The notes: a model not told the origin generated them from the letters alone. A DNA stretch of 63,999 nucleotides, filler included, from Catajapyx aquilonaris (GCA_000934665.2; 3 parts of 3 records of this genome joined end to end with filler, not necessarily neighbours in it); one strand, 5' to 3'; shown: positions 1-13,698, counted from the whole stretch's first letter. Numbers and translations are program-made.

Positions 1-177
1 TGAAAATTCAACTTTTCCATAAGAAAAAGGTGGGAGCCCTGAGGTATGTGCCGTGGGTACGTCACAGTTCTGAGAAGAGAAGAGGGTGGTGGGAGGTTAC
101 GTCAAAAAACCGGCTCAGCGGCTAGTGAATCAGCCATACTAAAAGCAACTCTTCAAGCGGCTAAAAGCAACTCTTCA

Positions 178-501
178 AGCGGCTGTGGAGATGGTAACGT
201 CTCGGCTTGCTGAGTGAAAGGCCCCTGGCTCGATCCCCGCCTGGGGAACTTTCCTTTCACCTGCGTCAGGAGGGTCTCTGTCCTGCACCTTGGAGGTGTC
301 TGGCAACCTAACCTCCTGGGGAACAGCACATGACCCCCTTACCGACATTGCACTTGCACCACACGTTCCCTCCCCAAAAATCCCTATCCCTACCCTACAT
401 CCTTGACTCCTTGCACCGGTGAATCAAGTAAATATAGAAAAATGGAGTTAAATGGTGGTATTCCACCCCCCCTAAAAAGGCTCAGCCTTATCACGGGGTA
501 A
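178..501 (+). mobile_element. tRNA-derived SINE, family A, copy 1
   Basis: tRNA-like head with A/B-box remnants (GAGATGG...GGCTCGATCCC). Body matches copies at 4678, 34272 and 35872. Ends CCCCCCCTAAAAAGG...TATCACGGGGTAA. Confidence 0.8.
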
Positions 502-1708
502 CGTAAAAAAAAGTTATGAAAGTTATTATTTTACTTGTGATTATTTTCCTGAATGTCTCTATACACAACAAAAACTATCAACATATTGGTCTAATAAGAC
601 AAATCTTGAAAGTATTATTACTCATAAGTCAGTGCTGTCCGCAGCTGATGGGAATAAACATAAACTGTGTTTTTTTTTTGTAAATGTCATAAGAATACAT
701 GAGGCCTTTCAAACATCTTGCAATTATTTAACCACATGGCGGTGTGATTCTATAGCCATTACGGTCTTTTTAAATATTGTGTAACTCTCTTTCCCACATC
801 TATTTATGCCTAATTGAAGCTCCTATGGAATATACCGTACTGTATGATCTCACCTCTTTCGTAGGCACAGTACATACAGATAATGGCGTAAGATTAATGG
901 TGGCAGAGCCAACTCAGCTATCGCAAAAATGACATACCCAGCACTTTGTTCTGGTTTTAGCATAATATTGGGCCAATTAAAGAAAATTGAAACGTATCCA
1001 TTATCAAGAACTGCTATTATGTAATGTATGTACTTATAAGTAACACTTGAAGCAGTTTTTCTTTAGGTTTCTGCAAATGATTACTCATTCTCTACTAAAA
1101 TCAATAACTTCATTTCCGATTAGTCCAAATTTTGATTCGTAAAATTGAATGTACCTTTCGACAGCTCCTATTATTTCACAGGGTGATAATAATTATATTA
1201 TATGAAGTGATGCAAAGTAACTGACGTTGTGCCGACAGACATGTGACAATCACGGTAGATTACGGATGCTAAGTTAATGTAGTTTACAACATGCACTTTG
1301 TGACGATGTAGTGGAGACTATTGGGGTTTCTTGCCCGTTTACTAAAATTCGTAATGCTTTTCAAGTGAGAGACGAAGGAAAATAAGCAATTCACTTAAAT
1401 TCAGCGATCGGACGAGAACTCGTGTTTTAAATAAAATAAAATAAAATATTCAAGTGGTAAAAGTTCCAACTCGTTACTTCATTAACTAATGCCAATGAGA
1501 CTTTCCAAGGGAAAGTATTTCTATGTTTTGTATCTTTTATTTATAATGTATTCTCCGTTTAATGTTTCTGTATTTTTGAGGATTACTGCAATGGCCTATG
1601 CAGTTTTTTTATACTAAAGTCACATCCTTTTTTGTTTTCATTGGCCCCAATCGAAAAACCCGTGCAATGAGACGTTACAAATACTGCCCCCAATGAACTG
1701 AGAAGATA

Positions 1709-3642
1709 TTACTTGCCACTGGGATTTACAGCAGGCCCTGCATGAACTTTCCTTACCTTCTTAGCGTAAATAACCTCGCCGCAAAAAAACACAATTCCCA
1801 AGCCATAAGTAAATAACATCCAGAAGGCCAATGGCCCCTTCATCTGCTCCAGATGCAGCGCCATTGATCTCGCATATAAGCGCCCCAATGCCCGTCCATT
1901 TCGAAGCCCTTGCAACATATTGTTGTACTTGAAATCATCCATCAGCTTGGCCCATATTCCTCCGTCCCACAAACGTTGTATCATCCTGTCGAACACAGGT
2001 AGTAGAATGCTGTGTTTTGGTAACAGATTCCCTCCTACAATGGCCACCGAATTCTCCTTGGAAAACAGTAAAGGGTAGTTGCCTTCCTTGTCAGACAGAC
2101 TGGGTGATTGGAACCTCAGGTGTAGCTCCAGGCTGAGGCACGCAAACTTCCCATGCAAGCTACGATCCATGCAGTCTGGCAGAGTGTCTACCTCTTTAAG
2201 TTTAGACAAGAGGACGTCTAGGTAGGGAATGTCTGGACGACCCACCATCATCCGGAAGATGTGGGCGTGCATGGCTGCTGCACCCCATTCCCAATCCGGA
2301 AATGATGTAAGCTCTTTAAAATTCTCTGGGATGATTTCCATGGGAGGAGCGGCCATGAAGGAAATCAGCTTGCTGTCGTAGCCCACGGTGATGACCATGG
2401 AGTACATCCACCAGAATGCGAGGAACACCCTAGTGGTTGGACTGGTCGGGATCAGCGATGGACTCTCTTCGACAATCGTGAAGAAGAGAAAGCGGGCTGA
2501 GTACAACAAGTTAGATTTAGGTTGTCGATGAGGATGAAATGGATTCCAGAAAGAGTCCTGGATGTGGAGAATCAACCAGAAGATCAAAGTGGCCAATGCA
2601 GCAGCTGTCAGGATCAGGAGCCACATGAGTGGTGTGTAGGACTGGATCGTTGCCTGCCAATATATCGGGAGAGGCTGGCGTGTGACAAAGGTGTAGTAGT
2701 TGTAAGTGAAGCCTCGAGGATAATCTATGACTCTGTTGGCCATGTACGACCAAGGGATGCATGATGCGAAATCATAATTTCCGGAGAGGACCCCTCCGGT
2801 CATTCCAGTCCATGTACCATCAGGACGAGGCATTTCGGACATTCCGGATTCGTCCAGTTGCATCTGTTCCACAGCCCAGGAGAAATTTAGACGGTCACCC
2901 AAGATGACCAGGGTTGTATCCATATGGTACGCGGGCATAAAATGTTCTATCATATACCGAACCTGGTGAATGTTGATTGTGTACAGAAATATGCCTTTCA
3001 AATCTTTTCCGTGAAGATCCACAGTAGTGTCCGGAAATATCTGCAGTTGTGAAGAGCCTTGATATTCGCCTAGAGACATCAATTGTGGTTCACCATTGTC
3101 ACAAAAGAAACAAACAGTTTGCAGTTTCAGTGAAGTGTCCACCACTGAAATACCAACTTTCCACATGAACACCCTAGCATGTGGGTGACTGAGAATTTGT
3201 TCCGTGTGTCCATCGCGGCTCCAAATGATGAAACGATCAGCGGTAGTGCTGATTTGAACTTGTCTCGCCACGTACTCCACTAAGGGCTGGAAGTTATTAG
3301 CGGTAGTGAGAATCGCTATCAAGTAGCACTTTCCTTGTCGGACAGCAGACAAGCGGTGTAACCACGAAAACCAATACTCGAAGCCAGTGCTGGAGGCATT
3401 TGAATATGACATATGTTTCGGAAGGCTCAGAGGAATGGCCAGTTGTCCAGAGTGGGCAAGACGATCCAGAAGTTTGGTGAAAGATGGAGGCAGGAGAGGA
3501 TAGTCGTGACCAATCACTATTGTGCACGGACGTCGAGATTGATCCACATCTTCAATGAAATTTGCGACTTTTTCTTCTATCACACAGTTCTGACTAGGTA
3601 ATGGTGACCCATCACAGAGGGCAATGAGAATGCAAAAGATCA
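1709..3642 (-). CDS. Divergent ionotropic receptor (IR, iGluR-related chemoreceptor), main exon
   Basis: Uninterrupted ~640-codon ORF: S1 lobe (DGTWTGMTGGVLSGNYDF...IDY), M1 (SYTPLMWLLIL), pore/M3 (PTSPTTRVFLAFWWMYSMVITVGYDSKLISFM), S2, M4 (LHLEQMKGPL...FFCGE). Preceded by acceptor TTGCAG (AG at 3644-3643). Confidence 0.9.
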
Positions 3643-3850
3643 CTGCAATTGAGAAAGGGAAGGTTACTTAAATGCATTTCGAATAAAGCCCGTTTGCGCT
3701 GTCAGGAAATCGTATATTAAAATAGAAAATATATGGTATAATTATAGTCTAATGTTTATTGTTGGCGACAATAACATTTTCCATTTTTTCAGCAGCAGAA
3801 TGTTTCCTGGCAGCCGTGCAATCAGGTGTAAGTGGTGCACTATACTGTAC

Positions 3851-3899
3851 CTGCGTATTCAGCGATTGTAATTAATCCACCTCTTCCATTCTCTGCCAT
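3851..3899 (-). CDS. IR first coding exon (MAENGRGGLITIAEYA + 1 nt)
   Basis: ATG at 3899; 49 nt ending CAG|GTACAG. The phase-1 donor matches the phase-1 acceptor at 3642, giving ...EYAVIFCILIALCDG (signal-peptide-like). Intron 208 nt. Confidence 0.75.
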
Positions 3900-4677
3900 C
3901 TTGGTCACAATATGCCAGTATGTACCCAGATGATCAGAGTGACAAGTAACCTTCGTACACGAGGGGACGATAATGCAAACAAGTGCAGATTCTTTTTGAA
4001 GAACCTTTATATGGAAACCTAAACATGTGTTGTTGTCTTTGATGCGACAATTTTCCGTAAAATACGCTTAGCCGAGACATAACTTCATAAATATATTAAA
4101 TTCAATATTGTGAAATCTTGCCAGAAATCAAATAATTCAAGATTTTGACCTTGACAAGACATTGTTAAGATATTTATTATATCCTTGGTCTTGGTCATCA
4201 CTTGAAAATAGCATATAATAACATAGGTGGATAGCATTTGGTAGATACGCCATGCTACTCATGAATAAGAGAGCAGAGCAATTCTTTTAAGATTTGCATC
4301 AAAGAGCTCCGTAACTCATCAGCGCAGCGTCTCATCGGTATAGAATATCTAATGGTTCGTGACACGCGTCGGAGCGTCCGCGTCGCAGCAAAAAATTATT
4401 ATACCATAACAATATTATTTTATGACAAGTATTATTTGCAAATACATATGAAATCATGTTATATAATTATAAATAATTGATTTCAAATATATGGTATAAC
4501 TGTGGAGCATCTAAGCAAACAGACATACTAAGTGCAACACTTATTAAATGTATCGATGAGTTATTACTTATTAGTTGCTTTTATCATTGCCTACTTCAAG
4601 GCGGATATATTATGCAAGTGCCAGCATGTCCATACTAGATCCTTAATTACCAGAGAAATTAAATGAGGGAAATGGGG

Positions 4678-4865
4678 GAAGGTGCGGTGGCCGAGATGGT
4701 AACGTTTCGGCTTGCTGTGCGAAAGGTCCCAGGTTCTAATCCCCGCCCGGGAGTTAGGCTACCTTTCGCCTGCGTCAGTGGGTCTCTTATTGGCAACCGA
4801 CCTCCTGGGGGACTGCACATGACCCTTTTCACACATTGCACTTGCACCTGGGTCCCCTCCCAAAT
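4678..4865 (+). mobile_element. SINE family A, copy 2 (3' part lost in poly-C/gap)
   Basis: GGTGCGGTGGCCGAGATGGTAACG...GGTTCTAATCCC head and family A body. Confidence 0.75.
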
Positions 4866-6452
4866 CCCCCCCCCCCCCCCCCCCCCCCCNNNNNNNNNNN
4901 NNNNNNNNNNNNNNNNNNNNNNNNNNNNNNNNNNNNNNNNNNNNNNNNNNNNNNNNNNNNNNNNNGGGGGGGGGGAGGGGGAAAAGAAGTCATATCAGCA
5001 CCGCTTTTGTTTGAGCAAATGGAACTGATGTTGATAATACAAAAAAAAAGGTGAGCCGGCTACTTGTTAGGCCTACTGCCAAGTGCCAACACAGATAATC
5101 ACAGTGTATAGTGATGTAGTTGGTCACATTTTATAGTAATAGTGGCAATTTTATGTTGCATTGACGTCACGATGCCTTTTAATAGTATATTTAATCATAA
5201 ATGAGGCATCTGTGTGCACTTGAGATTTACGCATAATCTGTATAGAACATGGAAGTTACAAGATTTTTAAAAACTATTTATTATGGGTTTTATGCCCTCC
5301 AAGTTCTCCATATTTTTCGTACATAATAATTATCTAGTACAGATTTCGCTCTTTAAAATAAGCACCATTCCCCCCAAAAAATCGCAGAAGACAATTTCTG
5401 AAAGATATTTCAGAATAACAAATGGGCGCATTTTGAATGAAGCAAGTTTGCTCTTCAATTTTTCTGAATTATTTTATTTGACTACACGGTATTATGCAGC
5501 GTGAGTCATAATATTGAAGTCACTGATTCTTAGAAGAACCTAACTCAATAGAAAATACGAAGTCCACCAACTGAATGTCTCTATTCGGTATGTCTATGAA
5601 GCTGTCCAGCTGGCTAAAGGGTCTTGGAAGTGAACGTAGAGTGGATAATTTCATTGAGTAGTGTTCATATTCTCAGTAAATTACGTCAGTCTAATTCGTT
5701 TCAATAAATTTATTGAGTGATGGCGATAAATATATTGAATGCCTAATTTTTTATCGAAAGAACTCGTTGGAATGGGGAGACTGAGATATAATATCTGTCG
5801 TGCTGGATATATAAGTATGAGGCTGCCGTACCGAATGAGTGATGATGGAAATGGATCCCATTTCCATCCCGCACCAAGGTGCGATTAATTTGAGTTTATT
5901 AAGAATTTAAAAATTGTTTGATAAACACGACAAACCAATACACCCTCACGAGGGCCACTGCTTATTATAAGCCCTGGTGGAAGCGGCCGTCTGCAGCATT
6001 AGTGCTTCGCTAGTAGTACGGCAATTTTTGCCAATATGCCGCACTTTTTGATTGGAATATGCAACTTAACTTTCAGGGATCATATAATTATTATGAGGTC
6101 ATAATGTAGCTTTTAAGACCGGGAGCCACTTCAAAATCAGTGTAGGTTACCAAAATTGCGCCCTTCAAAGATGGCCGCCAACGGTTTCCTAAATTGGCTA
6201 TATCCCAGCTCATCCTGGTCCGAATTTAACGAATTTTGTTTTGTTCGCAATAGGTAGGCCTATACTGTTTTTCAGAAACCATTATAAACTTCACGGAATT
6301 TGCACAATTAAATAAAAGCGAAATTTCACGTTTCCCACGAATTTCACTCTAAATAACTTTGTTTACAACTAATAAGGTATCGTATCATTGACTTACTATA
6401 TTATTTTATACAATACTTTAAATGATAAGGAATGCTGTTGCAAATGAATTAC

Positions 6453-6610
6453 AGTGAAACTTGTGCATAGCGGAACCTGAGTATAACGGAAACTTGTCCA
6501 TTGCGAAATTTTTAGGGGAATGAGCGTGGATAGGACATGAATTCCGTGTCGATTATAGCGGAAACTTGTCCATCGCGGAAATATTTTGTAGACGGCAACT
6601 TTTGGATGCA
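6453..6610. mobile_element. Tigger/pogo-like MITE end
   Basis: TA|CAGTGAAACTTG start with repeated (T)ATAGCGGAAACTTG subterminal motifs. Confidence 0.5.
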
Positions 6611-7802
6611 AAGAGATGCTTTCTAACTTGGTTGACTGAATGTCTTCCCCATCTTTGTATATTATATGCAGCAGAACAGGGTAGCCTACTTCTCCAAGAC
6701 TTGAATTTAAGTCTCATCCGAAATACACTTTTGTGGTATAATTTCAATTTTTCCATTGTTACGGTATTTTAATGCTAGCTATGCTAGTGTATCTATCCCG
6801 GCTTCCCGGCTCCAAAGATAATCCACCATCTGAATACCAGCACTTTTGAGAATGGGGAAGAAGGAGACTGCCATATATTAGTAACTACGTAGATACAACA
6901 TCAAGATCTAATGTGCAAATAACGACTTTTCCCCACCACGCTCAATACAATCTTTAGCGTTGATGAAAATTCTGCCATCTGCTTCTTCGTGTTCTCTGTA
7001 TTTTAATTGATCAATCGAAGTTTTGTCAAATTGAGTTGAACTTGAAGGAATCATGTCATCTATTTCAGTAGTGATGTGAGTGTAATCACACTTCAGAAAA
7101 CGACAACATTCCGGGGCCAGAAGGATGGGGACGATGAACCATGTGGTGGCAGGGAAGTGGATACAGGTATGATTTGGGTATGGTCTTATCTTCCCTTTTC
7201 TTCTCCCTCTCTTCTCCTTTCATTTGAGTAGCGTATATTGGAAACCAAAAAAAGCATTTTTTGTTAGAGATAGTTGATTCATAAAGGGACTTCTAAAAAG
7301 TAACTTATGCGGAAATCAAAATAAAAGTTTGCCGGGTTTAACTTTTTAAACACCTGTAACAACATATTGAACCAGAAAATTAACACACATCAAAAACATG
7401 TCTCAAAACAAGCGTGAGAATGTAATTTATTCATTACAAAAAAAATGTCATTCCCCCTTGAATTCCTGACAATCTTCCTCCAGGGCACTAATTGGCCCAA
7501 AATAAGACAAAAATATATAGCTGTATTTGTATCTGATTTGTATATGCCGCAAGTGCAGCCACAGGTCCGAACATGACTTTGGCATTAAATTATTCAGTTA
7601 CGATATTAATAGTGACTTTTGTAACCACCTGATGGCACCACTAACTCTCTCTGTAGATCGTTCCTTGCCCACTTCCCTGCCTGAACTGCCACTAATATGG
7701 CCGCTTGCTGTGAATGGCGCAGGAACTCAAATGGCTGCCATTCCCCGGCTTTAAAAGCAAGGAACACTTCGGACCGCCCTCCACAAATTGGACATTTCCA
7801 TC

Positions 7803-7869
7803 ATGGCGCTCCTGGCAAGCCGTCTGCTGTCTCCTAAGCTCCCGACTTTCGGACCTTCACTCACACCAT
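7803..7869 (+). CDS. ABAT: 4-aminobutyrate aminotransferase exon 1 (mitochondrial transit peptide MALLASRLLSPKLPTFGPSLTP)
   Basis: ATG at 7803, donor GTAAGA at 7870, phase 1 fits exon 2. Basic/hydrophobic presequence with no acidic residues. Confidence 0.75.
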
Positions 7870-8923
7870 GTAAGATATATATCTTGGTAGTATTTCTCTC
7901 AACCTCCATTGCATGTTCTAGCCGTGGTTATGATCAGAATTGATGTGGTTTTTCTCAGGTCCGATTTGGAGTTGCTAACGTAACAGACAGGTTTTACTGA
8001 CAGGTCATCAGGGCATGCGGTGGTTGTTATGTAATGAGTGATAGGTGTACAACATAAGGGGTGCCGATTATTGTACGAGAAAAGACCATCTGGTGATGTT
8101 TAATAATTATTTTTGCGAGGTTCCATTACTAGTGGACTGTTTACAATCCAGATGGCTGTTGTTTTGGGGATATTTTATTTTGTATTGAGCAGTGTTTGGG
8201 CGGTTTTTGTTTGTTTGTTTCATAGCCTCATCATCTGGAATGTAATTTGCACAGTAATTAAATGCTCTGCTTGCTTAGGTGATATGAAAGATGCATTTTA
8301 TTTGTTAAGGGATTGAATTCAGGTTGTCTGATGCTACTAGCTGACGCTATTGCAAACTGTACCATGACATCGTGAGAAATTGTAGGTTCAGACCAAGTAA
8401 AGCTCTTTGTGGGCACTTGATTGCTATGTAAACAAACAAAAAAATGTTGGTTGTGTATGGACAGCCCACATTATACTCTGCACCTCTTTTCATGGATTTT
8501 CTTTTGGATGTTACTCTATTGCGAATTACAAACACCACCCAATGGTATCTCGAACTTGCCATGCAGGAGAGGGTTTCTGTTCACCAATGACCATGGCAGT
8601 AGGTTTGTCTGATGGCAGGGTGTCACCCAAGCTGGAAAGATATTTTTGAAATAAGCGACAGACAAAGGAAGATACTGGTCTTGCCTCTCTTTTTTTCTGT
8701 TTGTTTGTCTCCATCTGTCCCATCTATGTATCTTCTAATAGCCAGATAGTCGTAGTTGCTTTGTGGCTTGCAAAAACTGTTTAAATGGTGCGGGAAAGTG
8801 GGGAAAATTTTAATCTATCTTATCAGTGACAGGTACACAGTATGATTTATTGCCTATTGAAATGGGTAACTTGATTGGCTTTTTTTAAAACCCTAAATTG
8901 ATCTGTCACATGTGAATTTCCAG

Positions 8924-9060
8924 TGTGTGGCCATTGGCATGGAGTTAAAGCTGCTTCCAGTCTTAGTAAGACTTCGGGAGAACCTTCCGCGCCGTCTGTC
9001 CAGACTGAAATACCAGGACCACGTTCAAAGAAGCTGTTTCAAGAGCTAAGTAACATACAG
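8924..9060 (+). CDS. ABAT: ABAT exon 2
   Basis: TTTCCAG|...|GTATGA. Encodes EPSAPSVQTEIPGPRSKKLFQELSNIQ, matching the GABA-T N-terminus (KTEVPGPRS motif). Confidence 0.9.
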
Positions 9061-9373
9061 GTATGATTGACCTTTTACGGTGGTGCAACACTTGCGTTGT
9101 GTCATTGGTGTCAATTTTGCTCCCCTTCCAAGCTATGTTGTGATAGGAGACAATTGCTTCTCATGGGTGCTCAACTGCTGCAAGAGAGTTAATGGCTATG
9201 ACCTTGACTGATAAGAGTTAAGTAGGAAGAGCTGAATGGAGCAGGGGGATTGTGTAACATTGTGGTTCACCTTGTGCAATGATAACATCATATGGGTGAA
9301 GAAAGATGGTATGTTTTTCTAACACTTCCTGAAAATGAAAATAACAAAAATTATTAGCTGAACTCAATAGTAA

Positions 9374-9950
9374 GGGAGATCGGGGTTGGTTGTAACAGGG
9401 TATGGTTGTAACATCGCCAATAATAAATACATTTGGAAGGTCCTTCAGCTGAAACTCACACAGTACGTGTGTCACTATGATCTCTTAAGCCAGGCAAAAC
9501 TTTGGCAACTCCTTTTTTGTTTTTTGTTTTTTGTTTTTCTATATGAAAAAGACCAAAATCAAGGTATGTTCCCAACTTTTTTGAGTGTCAGTAATTAAGT
9601 GATTATGCAGGGGGTAGAAGTGTTTATTGAATTGCCGTTGGTATCATGAGAAAGGGCCCTTTAGTGGGGTCACACCGACGGTATGGATGACCAAATCATG
9701 TGCACAGTTAAAAAGTAGTAAGCATATCTACAAGACAACACACAATGGGGATTGTTGTAACAACTTCCTTGGGGTTGGTTGTAACATGGTAAAATCATGA
9801 GAGAACGGTCAAGTCTGTGTACAGATGCTACAACTACATATCTCACAGGATATTGAGATTAGAAATAGTTATTATTTTGTGCAATAAAGCTTATAACCAG
9901 TTTGCCAAAAATTTATATTGAATAAATAACACTGTTCTACAAAATAACAC
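9374..9950 (+). mobile_element. Non-autonomous DNA transposon end (terminus GGGAGATCGGGG, GTTGTAACA repeats)
   Basis: An inverted second copy of the same end lies at 25487-25755 and continues at 21740-21789. Confidence 0.6.
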
Positions 9951-10162
9951 TTTTTTTCTATTTTCTGATGATTTGAATAGTGATTCCTATTGTACTTTCT
10001 GCGCTGAATTCGAGTATCTGCTCAGAAGGTTTCTGCCAGGCAGAGGTTTTGAGTTAATATCATTTTAAAGTTGGGAGCGGTTTACTAGGGGTCTTTCCGA
10101 ATCAAGTGGGCCTAAATGTTGCTAGACCGTCTCGGATCTTGGTGAAAATAATCACAGATGTA

Positions 10163-10762
10163 CAGTAAAACTTCCATAAGTCGAATCTCCATGGGACCAG
10201 GAAAAAAACTTCGAGTTATAGAAGATTCGAGTTACAGAAGTTTGGATTTTTTTGAGCACAGAACTCTATAAGGAAGCCTACCTTTATATCCAGCGACGAA
10301 AGGTGTTCAAATCGTTAAAATTATTGTCACTATCACACTTACAATGTTTCTCATTGTTTTGTTGTAAAAAAATCTCAGTTATGGACATTTGGCTACTCTT
10401 AGATTCAAGGATTCAATTGTCACAACCAAGTCAAACACTTCTTTTGGTACGTCTGGTAGACGGAGATCGGGAAATTGAGCCTTTCAGTACATGTGGCCTA
10501 CTCTCGACCCTTCTGCTGGGAAATGAGAAAATTTTCTGTACTCGCCAACATGAACTTGGACTTAGGGAGACTGAAAATGCATTGATGTCCCATCGTAAGG
10601 CCCCGCCTGCACTTCGAGTTATGGAGAACTAAGAGTTATAGAAATTCAAGTTAGGGAAGTTTATTTCCTATTATTTTACATTGTGACCAACCAAGCTCAT
10701 CATTTTCTTCGACTTATAGAGAACTTCGACTTAGGGAAGTTCGACTTATAGAAGTTTGACTG
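10163..10762. mobile_element. Tigger/pogo-type MITE
   Basis: TA|CAGTAAAACTTCCATAAGTCGAA ... TTCGACTTATAGAAGTTTGACTG|TA, with internal TTCGA(G/C)TTA repeats. Confidence 0.8.
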
Positions 10763-12657
10763 TATTCAGGAAAGGCGGACAATTACCACTAACTGATAAA
10801 CTACTGATGAATGATATTCCAATTGAAAATGTCCTCTGCTACTGGTACTTGGGGGTAAATTTCTCAACATCAGGCCAATTTATAACAGAACTCGAAGATA
10901 AAATCTGTAAGGCGAAATCAAAGATTAATGTATCTTGGCCTATACTTAAACAAGCGCGGCCGCCACTTCTAACATCAGCCTTAAAGTTTATCCATTCAAC
11001 CATTATATCAGCAGCCATATATGCAATCCCTATACAGGGCCTGAATCTCCTAAAAGATATAAAAATAATCCAAACTTACGCAATAAGGAAACTACTTGCA
11101 AACTAGAACTGCAGGGTATATACTGTGCCTGGAAACCGGCCGCCCACCACTGAAAATTAAAATCATTCTTCATGCCCCCCGATACTTAAGATTTCAAAAA
11201 ATGGAGTCAGCTAGACTACCAAATAAAGCGTTAACATATCTAATGTCGGATAATAGCCCCCCCCCCTAAAAGATACAACTGGATCAAACAATAGAATAGC
11301 AGTCTAGAAGTCTATGGCCATACAATAAACAACTTTGCTACAATAAATGATCAAACTTGGATACAAAAATACGCTACTTTGGCCCAAATTCTGATGGATA
11401 ATGAAGTTATAAAAGATTACAATAGTTTAAACCAATCAAAATCGAATCAAGATAAAGCTCCTCTTTATAATAATTACAGATATTTCCCAGCATTTTATAT
11501 GACAATACTGATGGAGTTCTCACTCAGTAGAATGTTAGCATGTATAAGAACCGATGCAAACTGGGTCCCGCTGGGTGGAAACTGTCATGTAAAAACTGAC
11601 CCATTAGAGATATGCTCCCTATGTAACCTAAAGTTACCAGATGATTGGTACCATATGATATATGAATGCCCTATGTTTGCGGGAGGTAGGAGCTCCTATT
11701 TAAAAAATTTCCCCCGAGTTCCTAGGAGTGGACTGGTATTGCTGGTCAATAACCCCCCTAAAGAGTCTATTAAAACATTATTTTCTACTTAATATATGTG
11801 GCCAAATGGCACTCCAATACGTAAATAAATGTAAATAATTGATATCCTGTAACTTTTGTAAACCGGACCCACCCTCATTCCCAGGACATTTGACTAGCAT
11901 AACCTTCCAGTATTTCCATTCTCTTTCACATTCCAAGTATGCCTTACCTGATCCTTTTTAACCCTCGGATGGTGACGTGCAAAATGTTCGCTCTCCGGTG
12001 ACGTGGGCACTTTTTGTGACCAAGACATATTTTTTGTTATACCTGGCGAAATATAGCACATTTGGGCTTCACCTTTGAGACAATCATAGTGTGATTCCTT
12101 CTACGACAAATAGTGTTTAGTTTGCATTTTTTGAGCAAATAGTGCGATCAGAAAAAAAATCGTAAAGAAAATCTGTCGGGCCGAACTCCGGGGGTAAGGG
12201 GATTCCACCCCTTGGCGGCCTGGGATGCCACCGGGAGCTGCCCGACCGGATCTTGGTCAGGCCCCAACTACGCATTGCTGCCAAATTTATTTTTTCCTGG
12301 TCGTGCTATTTGCTCAAAAAATTTAAACTAAACGTCATTAATGACAGAAATAGTCAAACGAAAATGTTCTCAAGGATGAATCTTGAATGTCCTAAATTTT
12401 CCAAGTTATAGCAAAAAAAGTGTCGTTGGTCACAAAAAGTGCCCACGTCACCGTCCGAGGGTTAATCCTTAAAATTGATCATTGTAAGTTAAGCCCCGAC
12501 GGAAATTATTAGAGTTAAGAATGAACATGACAGCCGGGCTGAGAAGAATGTAAACAAACCATTGTCCTATTGATGTATATCTTTGTATTGAGGAGTGAAG
12601 TCCCCCCCTGTATAGATACAGGGGGTAAATAAATATGAATATATGAATATGAATATG
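10763..12657 (+). mobile_element. Decayed non-LTR retrotransposon 3' half (RTE-X/Daphne-like ORF2 C-terminus + 3' UTR)
   Basis: VFRKGG...YLGVNFS, LETGRP and zinc knuckle CSLCNL...YHMIYECP, with stops and frameshifts. Terminal hairpin CCCCCTGTAT-AG-ATACAGGGGG, then TAAATAAA(TATGAA)n. Confidence 0.8.
11962..12461. mobile_element. piggyBac-type MITE inserted in the LINE 3' UTR
   Basis: TTAA|CCCTCGGATGGTGACGTG ... CACGTCACCGTCCGAGGG|TTAA, with long imperfect inverted arms. Confidence 0.85.
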
Positions 12658-13698
12658 TTACCTTCTGATCACAGTGAAACCTGCAGCAATTAGTCACACG
12701 CTTCTGCAGTTAGGACCTTGTTGTTCTAACCGGATAGGATCTGTGTAGATGGAACTAAGTTGCACAGTCATTTCCACCGTCAATTTTAGAGATATAGGGA
12801 TAAAATTTCTGGAGAATATAGATCATTGCATATAGAACTATGTTGTACCAATAACTCATTTTTGGTGAAATTGTCAGATGGAACCTTGTTGTTCTCACCC
12901 CACTAATTGTCGAGTGAGTGTAAATATATTGTTCTTCCATGTTACATTTACCCCTTAAGACATAGTGTTACAATTGACCCTGCCCTCTGTTACAACCGTC
13001 ACTATGATGTGGTTTGTTGTAACACTCAGCCTTGCCTTGGAAATTTTGTTATAAATCTATCAATTTAGGGGTCGTCCATATACCACGTGACCGATTTTTG
13101 GCCACTTTTCGACCCCCCCACCCCCCTCCCCCCCAGTGACCGACCGTGGTATCCATTGGAACCCCCCCTTTTCACGTGGTTTTAAAAAAATGTCAATGTT
13201 ATCAGAAAATCGCGATCGAAATTGATAGCTCCTCAACTAAACTGTTTAAGCACGTAAAAAACATGTCTCCCCATGTTGACACTACAGGCAATTTTTGTTC
13301 CTGTGAACAGATGGTGCCTGAATGATGGAGAGAGAAGTGACCAGCATTTTGCTCTGCACCAATATTTCTGTGACTAATGGAAGCAGTTTTCTAATACTAG
13401 TAAAAATTCAGTAAACATTTGCATTCCAGCTGTTCCACCTGAATGATATCAGAAATCATGGCAAGAACACAACCCTCTTTTTATCATTAAAAAATGTCCA
13501 TATGAATGTTAATTTTTACTGCATTTATAATAGCCTCAACTTTAAAAAACAAAGTTATCATATTTGAAAACTTATCTACTTTACTTCAAATTTCAAAAGG
13601 GCCTAAATAAATGGTATAAAAAGGTCATAATTTGTGACCACGGAGAATAATTATTGCTCTGGAAGTCAACCTAAAGGCCTCTATTATTCACTGGCAGA

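Noticed and set aside
139..183. 22-bp tandem duplication CTAAAAGCAACTCTTCAAGCGG
   Set aside because: A simple local duplication at a SINE 5' junction with no further structure.
10200..10762. Repeated TTCGA(G/C)TTA units as a CRISPR-like array
   Set aside because: The units are short, irregularly spaced and inside a TA-flanked MITE, in a eukaryotic context with no cas genes.
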